Shown here piece by piece: positions 18,862 to 28,500 of a stretch of DNA of 61,700 nucleotides (position 1 is its first letter; each line of letters opens with the position of its first letter). Under the pieces are notes generated by a model. The model was not told the DNA's origin. It saw nothing but the letters and a program-made list of their open reading frames with translations, and ran no database searches. Source of the stretch: Verrucomicrobiota bacterium (lineage in GTDB: Bacteria > Verrucomicrobiota > Verrucomicrobiia > Limisphaerales > SXQI01); contig JANRLX010000058.1 in the NCBI GenBank assembly GCA_033762115.1, positions 1 to 61,700 on the forward strand, in the 5' to 3' direction. Made by a program: the position numbers and the translations under genes.

Positions 18862-19653
18862 CTATTCTTTGGATTCATTGGAGGGGACTGGTTCCTGGGG
18901 GAGGTGGGGGCGAAAGGCGACCCTGGCGAGCTTGAGCAGGTTCATGGCAAGGGCATCAGGGGCTTCCATGGGGCTGCAGTGGCCACAATTTTTAATTGCG
19001 GTAAAATGGCCTTCGCCTGCGAGTGCGGACATTTCGCGGGCTTTCTGGATGGGAATGATTTTGTCTTCCTCACCATGGAGAACGAGGACAGGGACGGTTA
19101 AATTTTTCAGGACAGCGGAGCGGTCGGGCCGTGCGGCCATGGCTTTCAATGCCCAGGTGAGGCCGGGAACCCCGGCCTTTTCGGTGCCTTGAAAGAGAGG
19201 GTCGGTAAAATCGGGATTTGAGCTGTTTTGGTCAGTAAACATTTTTGGAAGAATGGCCTGATAAGCGGCGGAAGTGCCGATGGTTTCGATTTTTTTGACG
19301 AGATTAAGGCGGTTGGAACGGGCTTCATCCGAGTCGGAAGCGGCCTGGGTGCTGATGAGGGCGAGGCCGGCAACCCTGTTGGGATAATGTTCCGCCAAGG
19401 CGAGCGCGATGTAGCCGCCCATGGACATCCCGGCAATGACGGCCTTGCCGATGGAGGAAGCGTCAAGGAAGCGGACCATTTCATGGGCGTAATGATCGAT
19501 GGAAGGTTCAAGTGGAAGGACGGGGGCGTTCCCGAAGCCTGGAACGTCAGGCATGAGCACATGGACTTTTGTGCCGAGGGCTGTGATCACTGGAAACCAC
19601 AAGGTGCGATCAAATGGATATCCATGAATTAACAAGATTACCGGCTTTTTCAT
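18862..19653 (-). CDS. alpha/beta fold hydrolase
   Basis: LIHGYP, DVPGFG, GMSMGG nucleophile elbow, GEED, CGH. Confidence 0.9.
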   Translation of the reverse strand: MKKPVILLIHGYPFDRTLWFPVITALGTKVHVLMPDVPGFGNAPVLPLEPSIDHYAHEMVRFLDASSIGKAVIAGMSMGGYIALALAEHYPNRVAGLALISTQAASDSDEARSNRLNLVKKIETIGTSAAYQAILPKMFTDQNSSNPDFTDPLFQGTEKAGVPGLTWALKAMAARPDRSAVLKNLTVPVLVLHGEEDKIIPIQKAREMSALAGEGHFTAIKNCGHCSPMEAPDALAMNLLKLARVAFRPHLPQEPVPSNESKE

Positions 19654-19737
19654 TCCTGCTCCTCCTTTTCGTACAACGAAACTGGCTTAATTATGAGGTG
19701 AGGTTACATTGCTCGAAAATGTTGAACAAGGAGAAGT

Positions 19738-20400
19738 ATGAAGGGATTGGATTTTATCCGGGGAGTGGGGGGATTGATTTTTGCCTTATTGATATCGGTG
19801 CAGGGGGCTGAGTTTACAGAACATTTTGAGGGGCCGCTGGGAAAGCAATGGAAGCCGGTAAAATTCGAGGGGCTGACAGAGTACCGTGTGATGAAGGAGG
19901 GAACGAATTCTTTTTTGCGGGCGGTTTCCGATGGGAGCGCTTCCGGATTGGCAACGGAAGTAAAGATCAAGCCGTCCAAGGACCTGAAAATTTCATGGCG
20001 CTGGAAGCTGGACAAAATTCCGCCGGGCAGCAGTGACGACAAGATCGAGACATTCGATCATACGGTTCGGCTTTTTGTTGCGTTCAAGACGCTGGTGGGA
20101 CCGCCTAGAAGCATCAATTATGTGTGGGGGAACAGCAAGCGAGTGGGGGAGATGTATCATCATCCAAGCAGCGGGCGTTCGCGATTTATTGTGTTGCAGG
20201 CCGGGAATGAGAAGGCGGGGAAATGGATCAGCGAGGAGCGGAATGTGTGGGATGATTTCAAGGAATTGTTTGATGGGGATGAACCGCCGGTGATTGTGGG
20301 GATTGGGGTCATGACGGATTCTGACGGAACGAAGTCGAAGGTGGTTGGGGAGTATGATGCGATTGTGATGGAGCGTGGAGCTAGCGCCACCACCAGGTGA
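19738..20400 (+). CDS. DUF3047-family secreted protein
   Basis: Signal peptide; SASGL, ISWRWK, INYVW, WISEERNVWDDF, VMTDSD. Confidence 0.8.
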   Translation: MKGLDFIRGVGGLIFALLISVQGAEFTEHFEGPLGKQWKPVKFEGLTEYRVMKEGTNSFLRAVSDGSASGLATEVKIKPSKDLKISWRWKLDKIPPGSSDDKIETFDHTVRLFVAFKTLVGPPRSINYVWGNSKRVGEMYHHPSSGRSRFIVLQAGNEKAGKWISEERNVWDDFKELFDGDEPPVIVGIGVMTDSDGTKSKVVGEYDAIVMERGASATTR

Positions 20401-21097
20401 GGAGTGGAGCGATGAGGAGGCTGGGGAGGTAGTTGGCGAGGGGAACTTTCTGGACGCCGAAGACAACGACAGAGACGCATAAAAGGAGAAGGCCGCCGGT
20501 GGCATTTATGGAATCGAGCAGCGCCTGGTGCTCAAGGATGGGTGCGAGATTGCGGGAAGCGAGTGAGATGGTGCCCTGGTAGGCAAGAAGCGGGAGGGCG
20601 GAAAAAAGAACACCAACGCCAAAGGTGCGGGCGAATGCGAGGGCAGCGAGGCCGTCCATGACAGACTTGATGGCAAGCGTACGATAATTTCCGGTGAGGC
20701 CATCCTGCAAGGCCCCGATGATGGCCATTGGCCCGACGCAAAAGAGCAGGGAGCAGGTGACGAAGCCTTCGCTGAAACGGTTGTTTGCATCCGATTCGGG
20801 TCCCATTTTTTTCTTCAACCATTGGCCCAGACGATTGAGGCGATCCTGAATTTTGAGAAGCATTCCGATGGCGTTGCCGAGAATGAGGGAGAGGAGAGCG
20901 ATCCCAACCTGGGCAAGAACGCTGAAAAAAGGGCCGTTGATCCCTTTCCAAATGGTGGTGATGCCGACGTAAAGGACGAGTGCGCCGAGAAGCAGTTTTA
21001 ATTGCTGTTCGACTTTTTCAGGAATGGCACCGCGCCAAAAGAGGCCGACCCCACCGCCAACGACGATGGAAAGAGTATTCAAGATGGTCCCGATCAT
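20381..21097 (-). CDS. DUF554 (YqgA/YdfK-like) membrane protein
   Basis: MIGTILN, GFVTCSLLFCVGPMAIIGALQDG, KSVMDG, GVLFSA, YQG, ANYLPSL. Confidence 0.88.
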   Translation of the reverse strand: MIGTILNTLSIVVGGGVGLFWRGAIPEKVEQQLKLLLGALVLYVGITTIWKGINGPFFSVLAQVGIALLSLILGNAIGMLLKIQDRLNRLGQWLKKKMGPESDANNRFSEGFVTCSLLFCVGPMAIIGALQDGLTGNYRTLAIKSVMDGLAALAFARTFGVGVLFSALPLLAYQGTISLASRNLAPILEHQALLDSINATGGLLLLCVSVVVFGVQKVPLANYLPSLLIAPLLTWWWR

Positions 21098-21125
21098 GAG
21101 AGTTGCAGGAGTTGGGGGGAGAGGA

Positions 21126-22163
21126 TCATGAGTGCATGATCGCGGTGATTGCGCCGCGGTCTGCGGCGGTTTCGTGAAAGGTGAATTGTGCAAAGCCGAA
21201 TTCAGCAAGGACCGACTCAATTTCAGCGATGGAGTAACAGCGGCCTTCAGTGGAGTGCATCAGGAGGGTGGAGTAGGCGGCGACTGGCAGAGGACCGGTT
21301 TTTTCCCGATTTAAAAAGGCGTCATGGACAATGAGCATTCCGCGAGGCGAGATGGATTCTGCGGAGGTTTTGACAATGCGTTTGACTTCGGGCAGGTCCC
21401 AATCGTGCAGGACATTTGAAATGAGGTGGAGGTCGTAACCGGGTGGAAGCGGTTGATGAAAGAGATCGCCGGGAAGGGCGTTGACCCGGTCACTAAAACC
21501 GCGTGAGCTGATGGAGTCGCGGGCAATGCGGTCGACAGGACTTTTTTCGAAAACAGTGGCTGTGAGATGGGAATAATGGGCGACGAAGGAACAGGCGTAA
21601 ATGCCGGAGCCGCCACCAATATCGAGCAGCCTGGCGTGATTGCGGCAGTCTATTTTTCTGGCGAGGGCGGCTGCGAGGTAAACGCCACGACAATCCATGG
21701 CAGCGGTAAAGTTTTTGGCAAACTCAGGTGTTTCCATGGCTTTGTGCCAATCTTTTTCATCCTTGTAGCTTCCCCAATTGGCGGTTTTGTTGGTTTGAAG
21801 GATGTGGAGAAAATCCTTGCAGACAGGACGTTCCTTGAGAGAGGCGAAGTAGGGAGCGATGTCCCAGTGGGAAGATCTGGTGAGGAACTCTCGTCCGAGG
21901 GTGGTGAGTTTGTAATCACTGCCTTGGCGAAGGAGGAGTTCCATTGCCACAAACAGAGTGAGCATGACATCGGTGGGGCGGGGATGGATGTTGAAATGGT
22001 GGGAGATTTTTTCGAGGGAGGAGCCGGGGTTGGCATCGATCCAAGTAAAGAGATCGAGGTGGACGAGGGCGGTGGTGAGGAGGTCGGCAGCGTAGAGGCC
22101 ATCCCTGTAACGGTAAACCGAAGTGGGATCGCTTGAAGGCAGGAGTGTGAGATCAGTGAGCAC
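21126..22163 (-). CDS. O-methyltransferase (dimerisation plus Methyltransf_2 domains)
   Basis: FTAAMD, LLDIGGGSGIY, GDLF, SNVLHDW, EGRCYS; GTG start inferred. Confidence 0.85.
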   Translation of the reverse strand: MLTDLTLLPSSDPTSVYRYRDGLYAADLLTTALVHLDLFTWIDANPGSSLEKISHHFNIHPRPTDVMLTLFVAMELLLRQGSDYKLTTLGREFLTRSSHWDIAPYFASLKERPVCKDFLHILQTNKTANWGSYKDEKDWHKAMETPEFAKNFTAAMDCRGVYLAAALARKIDCRNHARLLDIGGGSGIYACSFVAHYSHLTATVFEKSPVDRIARDSISSRGFSDRVNALPGDLFHQPLPPGYDLHLISNVLHDWDLPEVKRIVKTSAESISPRGMLIVHDAFLNREKTGPLPVAAYSTLLMHSTEGRCYSIAEIESVLAEFGFAQFTFHETAADRGAITAIMHS

Positions 22164-22260
22164 GCAGTAGGAATAAAGGAGATTGGGTGGGTTGAAAATG
22201 AAAGAAAGAGGCGGTGGAGATTTTCCTGCATTGCGGCGGGGAAGCTGATAGATTGGGGGC

Positions 22261-23367
22261 ATGCTTCAGTTGGGGCCGTTGAAACTTAGGTCAAACCTGT
22301 TTTTGTCGCCACTGGCGGGATATACGAACCTGCCATTTCGGCTGGCGTTGCGGGAAGTGGGAGGGCTTGACCTGGCGACGACAGATTTGGTGAATGCCCG
22401 ATCGTTGTTGGAGAAAAACCCGAAGGCATTGAAACTGATCGAAAGCTGTCCCGCTGACCGGCCATTGGCGGTGCAATTGTTTGGAAGCGTGGCGGAAGAG
22501 ATGCGTGATGCGGCGTTGTACCTGGAGTCAATCGGCGTAGCCTCGGTGGATATCAACATGGGGTGCCCTGTGCCGAAGGTGTGCAGGGTGGGGGGCGGTT
22601 CGGCGATGATGACGGAGTTGGACAAGACGGCGGCGCTGGTGCGGCAGATGGTGGCCGCTGTGAAGATCCCGGTGACGGCGAAGATGCGACTGGGTTGGGA
22701 TGAGGAGAATTTAACAGCACCGAACCTGACGAGAGCGTTGGAGGATGCGGGGGTTTCGGCAGTGTTCGTTCATGGACGGACGCGGGAACAGGGTTTTTCC
22801 GGGACGGTGAATCTGGCCGGGATTGCGGCAGTGGTGGCGGCAGCGAAGCGCATTCCTGTAATCGGGAATGGGGATGTGACCACGCCGGAGGCAGCGAAGC
22901 ATATGTTTGAAATGACGGGTTGCGCCGGTGTGAGCATCGGGCGGGGTGCTTTCTATAATCCATGGATTTTTGTTCAAACGCGCCATTTTCTTTCGACGGG
23001 AGTCAGGTTGCCTGAGCCGACTTTCCAGGAGCGGTTGCGGCTGATGAGGCGGCACCTGGATTTGATGATTGAGGTTTTTGGGGAGGAGCATGGGTGCCGG
23101 ATGTTCCGAAAGATTGGTCCGTGGTATTCGAAACGGTTCGGACCGGCGAACCTTTTTAACAAACGCATTGTGGCCCTGAGGAGCCGGGAGGAATTTGAAA
23201 AAATCATCGAAGAGTATGAAGCCTGGCGAGAGCAATTCCTGGATGCAAACGGTGAGTTGAACGAGAAGTTTGCGCCTGCGCCGATGGTGGCTTCGTTTAT
23301 GGAAGGGCCGGCTGTTGCAGCGCGGGAGGCAATTCCCGTACCTAAAGGCCCGGTGGAGGTTTGGTGA
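22261..23367 (+). CDS. dusB: tRNA dihydrouridine synthase DusB
   Basis: LSPLAGYT, VQLFG, DINMGCP, KMRLGW, VHGRTR, GNGDV, IGRG-NPWIF. Confidence 0.9.
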   Translation: MLQLGPLKLRSNLFLSPLAGYTNLPFRLALREVGGLDLATTDLVNARSLLEKNPKALKLIESCPADRPLAVQLFGSVAEEMRDAALYLESIGVASVDINMGCPVPKVCRVGGGSAMMTELDKTAALVRQMVAAVKIPVTAKMRLGWDEENLTAPNLTRALEDAGVSAVFVHGRTREQGFSGTVNLAGIAAVVAAAKRIPVIGNGDVTTPEAAKHMFEMTGCAGVSIGRGAFYNPWIFVQTRHFLSTGVRLPEPTFQERLRLMRRHLDLMIEVFGEEHGCRMFRKIGPWYSKRFGPANLFNKRIVALRSREEFEKIIEEYEAWREQFLDANGELNEKFAPAPMVASFMEGPAVAAREAIPVPKGPVEVW

Positions 23368-24569
23368 AACGAACGACGCCGAATGGTGAAGGATCGCACT
23401 TCAGCCATCGAAGGGCTGTCAGCAGCAGGAAATGGCTTTTTTGCGTGATGACGGGGCTGGGAGTGGTGTTCTGCATCACCTGGTTCTGGCCGCGGCCGGT
23501 GGAGCCGGTTCACGAGGGGAGAACATTCAGTGAATGGCAAGCGGAGGCGCAATCGCCTGACCCAACGATTCGGAGCAATGCCTGGCGGGCAATCGAGCAG
23601 ATGGGGCCTGCGGCGTTGCCGTATCTGGAGGCGAGGCTGGGATCGCCGAACCTGATAGCGCACGAACTCCGGTCGAAAGCGCGGGGCTGGGTGCCTGAGT
23701 TGGTGCGGCGGAAAATTCGTCCCTGGATTCCAAAAGAATCGAATGATCAGCAACGATTGCAGGCGATCCAGGGGATGAAAATGCTTGGGACGAATGCCAG
23801 CGAGGCGTTACCGATCCTGAGCAAAGCGATTTATGATCCATCGCCGATGGTGTCGTTGGGGGCGTTCAATGCGCTGGGTGACCTGGGCGGCGTGGCGGTA
23901 CCGGTGCTGCGTGAAGCATTGAAGCGGGATGACCCGAGGATCCGGATGAGCGCTGCCTCTGCGCTGGGGCAAATGGGCACGAATGCCGCGGAGGCGATCC
24001 CGGAATTGATCGAGCTTTTGCAAACGAGCGGGCCGCTGGGGGCAAATGTGGCTTACAGCCTGGCGAAGATGTCGCCGTTATCAATTGAACCGCTGGCAGT
24101 AGCGGCGCTGCATACGAATTCAAACAGCAGTCAGATGGCATTGCTGGGGTTGCGACATGTGGGAAAGGCAGCGTCGAACCATCTTGGTGTGGTCATTGCA
24201 AAAGCGGGGGACACAAACCCGTATGTGCGGGCAATTGCGCTGGAGGCGATTGGAATTATCGGGAATGGTGGGCCTTACGGGGAAATTTTCGAAAGGGCAT
24301 TGAGAGACACGAATGAAGTTGTGGTGGATGCGGCGTTGCAGAGTTTAACGCGGGTGGAGTTGAAAAGTTCAATTGCCCCGTTGCTGGCGGATTTGCTCAG
24401 GCATGAGCGGGAGCATGTACGGCTGTTTGCCTTGCTGGGGTTGAACAAGCTGGGGAAGGCGGCTGCGCCGTATGAATTGCAGATTCAAGCCTTACAGCAT
24501 GATCATAACTGGTCGGTGCGAAACAGTGCAACGCAGGCGCTGGAGAAAATCCGATCCTCCAGACCATAA
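23364..24569 (+). CDS. membrane-anchored HEAT-repeat protein
   Basis: N-terminal TM, EPVHEGR, repeated RxxAAxALG-type units; GTG overlaps dusB stop. Confidence 0.8.
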   Translation: MKRTTPNGEGSHFSHRRAVSSRKWLFCVMTGLGVVFCITWFWPRPVEPVHEGRTFSEWQAEAQSPDPTIRSNAWRAIEQMGPAALPYLEARLGSPNLIAHELRSKARGWVPELVRRKIRPWIPKESNDQQRLQAIQGMKMLGTNASEALPILSKAIYDPSPMVSLGAFNALGDLGGVAVPVLREALKRDDPRIRMSAASALGQMGTNAAEAIPELIELLQTSGPLGANVAYSLAKMSPLSIEPLAVAALHTNSNSSQMALLGLRHVGKAASNHLGVVIAKAGDTNPYVRAIALEAIGIIGNGGPYGEIFERALRDTNEVVVDAALQSLTRVELKSSIAPLLADLLRHEREHVRLFALLGLNKLGKAAAPYELQIQALQHDHNWSVRNSATQALEKIRSSRP

Positions 24570-24602
24570 AAAAAGCCCGCTCCTTTTGGGAACGGGCTTT
24601 AA
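24568..24602. terminator. likely bidirectional intrinsic terminator
   Basis: AAAAAAAGCCCGCTCCTTTTGGGAACGGGCTTT stem-loop. Confidence 0.65.
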
Positions 24603-24783
24603 TGAGTATCAGGATTGATCAGCGGGAGCGGGCTTAAAATTCACGTCTGCTCTGAATGTTTTTATGATGCAGGTTTATTGGGATTTCATGGCTCTCTTTG
24701 TTTTTGGAATTATGGAATGGACGATGGCCAAGGTGATCTCCAATCACGGCAGATGGCAGACGAAGGAGTTACGAAATGGCGAC

Positions 24784-25395
24784 TTATGAAAGAGCGGATG
24801 TCTGGTTTCTTTCGAGTCGAATTTCGATTTCCCGGGAGACAAAATTCCACTCGGAAGTTGCGCGAAGTTTGTCGATCAGATCATCGAACGCTGAGGCATC
24901 GGAGGGGGCGAATTCGAACCAGGTGAGGAAATCAAAAGGTTCATGAGGCGAGAGATCGCGGCAATGATGGAGCCGCCTGGCGATGGCGGGGAGGAAAAGC
25001 AGGCCGATTTCGATATGATGAGATTGTTCCTCGAAGATTCGGCGGCGTTCATCCTGGGGCAAGCGCCACCAGTCATCGGTTTTCCGGATGGGAATGAGGG
25101 CGGCGTGAGTGGCTTCGGATCGACCGGTGGGAGGTTGTCGATTGAGAAGCTGTTCCTTTTCGGAGCGGGTGACGTACCGTTCATTGCTGGTGATGCCGCG
25201 CAATGTCCATAGAACGGTGGAACCGGTTGGTGGAATGGCTGGGGGGGCAATGGTGAGATGAGTGACTGAAGGGAGCGGATCGCCGATGAGTGTTTTTATG
25301 GAAAGAACTTTCCATTCACCGGAAGTGGCACCGGCAAATGAAAACAGGCGGAGGGTTTGGTTTTGGGTAGGTGAGGTGGTGGCGGAGGTATTCAC
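24784..25395 (-). CDS. cld: chlorite dismutase family protein (short, clade II-like)
   Basis: LRGITSNERY, LIPIRK-WW-ERR-IFEEQSHH (proximal His), IARRLHHCRDL (distal Arg), FDFLTWFEF, EW-V-RE; start uncertain. Confidence 0.8.
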   Translation of the reverse strand: MNTSATTSPTQNQTLRLFSFAGATSGEWKVLSIKTLIGDPLPSVTHLTIAPPAIPPTGSTVLWTLRGITSNERYVTRSEKEQLLNRQPPTGRSEATHAALIPIRKTDDWWRLPQDERRRIFEEQSHHIEIGLLFLPAIARRLHHCRDLSPHEPFDFLTWFEFAPSDASAFDDLIDKLRATSEWNFVSREIEIRLERNQTSALS

Positions 25396-25518
25396 TGTGA
25401 GGAGAGTATTCAGGGTGGCGCCCTGATGCCACGGAAAGCTTTTAATGGGAGGCATGAAAGAGGATGAATGTAACATTTCTGAAACTCTGCGGAATGGAAT
25501 AGGCGTGGGAGCAGAATA

Positions 25519-25527
25519 TGCTATACT
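25519..25527 (+). promoter_or_regulatory. extended -10 promoter element
   Basis: TGCTATACT 10 bp upstream of ATG 25538. Confidence 0.45.
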
Positions 25528-25537
25528 AGCAGCCAAT

Positions 25538-28500
25538 ATGCGCTTGAATTTCCACGCCCTGTTTTCCTTGGTCCTTGGGTGGTCAATTGGTGTAAACGCC
25601 ATAGCCGCAGAACCTTATGGATTAGAGACACGGCCCTCATTCCAGGCTTTTAATGGGACCAATCTTCCGCCGGTGGCACCGACATTTTCAGGAAACTGGT
25701 CAGCGGTGGTGGCGTTTCCCAACCTGACTTTTTTAAACGCGATGGGTTTGATTCCGGTTCCGGGAACGACAAACCTGGCAGTTTGGGAACGGGAAGGGCG
25801 GATTTATCAATTTCCCAATGACAGGAACACATCGAGCAAAACGCTGGTGCTGGATATTTCGAATCAATGCCAGGGATGGGATGACTCGGGGTTGATGGGG
25901 ATTGCGTATCATCCGGGGTTTGTCACGAACCGTTACCTGTTTGTTTATTATACTTACGTGACACCGGGAACGGTGCAGGGCAGCGCCAACGGACGTCCAC
26001 CGACCTCGCTTCCAAACCGGGATCGACTGGAACGTTACACGCTGGATGCAAACGGGGTAGCGATCCCGGGTTCAGTGGTGATTTTCATCGACCAGATTTC
26101 TGAAACTGTATGGCATAACGGCGGGGGGATGTTTTTTCATCCTGAGAACGGTTTTCTTTACCTGACCAACGGGGATGACGCACGTGGGCAGAACAACCAG
26201 CGAATCAATACGAGCCTGCACTCGGGGGTGTTAAGGATCGATGTGGATCAGCGGGGAGGATCGATCAGCCATCCCATTCCAAGGCAGCCATTGCCAGCGG
26301 GGAGCAGGACGGCAAATTATTATATTCCAAATGACAATCCATTCGTGGGACAGGCTGGAGTCCTGGAGGAATTTTTTGCGATCGGGTTGCGCAGCCCGCA
26401 CCGGATGACGATTGATCCGCCAACGGGCCGGATTTTCATTGGGGATGTGGGGGAAGGTTCCTGGGAGGAATTGGATGTGATCGAGCCGAACGAAGCGGCC
26501 CCCCTGAATTTTCAATGGAACCGGATTGAAGGAAAACGGGGGAACATGACGCCGCCGTACATCGGGATTGATCGTCCCCCGATCCTAGATTATTCGCACA
26601 GCGAAGGGGCAGCGATCATTGGCGGTTATGTTTATCGCGGCAAGGAGTTCGCGGCGGACCTGGGTGGCAAATATATATTCGGTGATAACATCGCGAATGT
26701 GGTGTGGGTGCTGGATGAGTCAACAAGTCCGGTGAGCAAGCGGCTACTTTGCACGGTGCCGCGCGGATCGGGTCCGAATGCCGGGAACGATTACGTGGGG
26801 CTTTCCTCTTTCGGGATTGATCATGATAATGAGTTGTACCTTTGCCAATTGAGCAGCCTTGGGGGGCGGATTTACAAGCTGGAGCGTGGCGGCCCTGCCG
26901 CTCCACAGATGCCAGCCTTGTTGTCGCAGGCGGGAGTTTTCAAGAACCTGACCAACCTTGAGCCTGCGGATGGTTTTGTGAAGTATAACGTCAATTCTCC
27001 ACTCTGGTCGGACGGCGCGGTGAAGACACGCTGGTTCGCCATTCCAGATGGGAAGAAGATTTCATTCAGCACGAACGGGGAATGGTCCTTTCCGGATGGT
27101 TCGGTTTGGTTGAAGCATTTCGAATTGCCGAACAATGAAACTAATGCTGAAAGCCGCCATCGGCTTGAAACGCGGATTTTGGTGCGGGACACCAACGGGT
27201 ATGTTTATGGCGCGAGTTACAAGTGGCGTCCGGATTTTTCGGATGCAGATATCGTGAATGGTGCGGTGTCGGAAAACATTTCGATCAAGTTGCCGAAGCA
27301 GGCGGGTGAATTGACGAGCGCGGATATCGGAGGACCGGCGGCAGGCAGCACGACCACACTTTCGGATGGTTATGAACTCAGGGCAGGCGGGGCGGACATT
27401 TGGGGGAACTCGGACCAGTTTCGATATGCTTATGAGCAACGCAGCGGTGATTTTGATGTGAGAGTGCGAGTGGAGTCGCTGACGCAGACTGATCTTTATA
27501 CCAAGGCTGGTTTGATGGTGAGGGACACTCTTGCGGCGAATGCGAGACATATTTTTGCGCTGGTTTTTCCAAGCAATGCGGCCCGCAACAATAATGATGG
27601 GGGTTATGAATTCCAGTCGCGCGATACGGTGGGGGGAAATGCGACCGCGATTTATCCTCCCGCACCGCAACCGAGGGTGGGTTTCCCGAACACCTGGTTA
27701 CGCCTCAAACGTGAGGGAAATATCTGGACAGCCTACAGCAGCAGCGATGGTGAAGTGTGGCAATTGTATGCCACCAAGACCCTGGCGCTGCCTTCCACGA
27801 TTTATTTTGGGCTGGCGGTGACAGCCCATACTGGAAGCGGGGCGCTGGCAACGGCACGGTTTCATTTCCAGGAAAGCCGGATGCAGCAATGGGTGTTCCC
27901 AAGCCGCCAGGATTGTTTGAGTTGTCACACGCGTGCTGCGGGCGGGGTGCTGGGGATGAAAACGCGGCAGAGCAATTGCGACATCACTTTTTCGCAAACC
28001 GGCGTGACGGACAATCAGATCCGCGCTTGGAACCATGCAGGATATTTTGAGCCGGGTGTTGATGAAGCAGCGATCCCGGAAATGTTGAAGCTTGTGACAG
28101 TGACCAATGAAACTGCCGAACTGGAGTTTCGTGTGAGGTCCTACCTGGATGCCAATTGTTCCCATTGCCACCGGCCGGGGGGAGCCCGTGCGAATTGGGA
28201 TGCGCGGATAGAAACGCCGCTTGGGCTGGCGAATATTGTGGGTGGTTCCGTGGCGGAAACTCTGGGTGTTCCGGGAGCGCAGAACGTGGCACCGCAGGAC
28301 CTGGCCCGTTCCATCATGCACAAGCGGATCAGCACAGCCACAGAGTCCTACAAGATGCCGCCGTTGGCGAAGAACGTTGTGGACCGGCCAGCTGTGGATG
28401 CCATTGCGGCATGGATCAATACGCTTTCCGCCCCGCCGCAGGTGGCGATGACAAGTCCTGTGAATGGCGGACTGTATTATTCACCTGTGACGCTGCGGCT

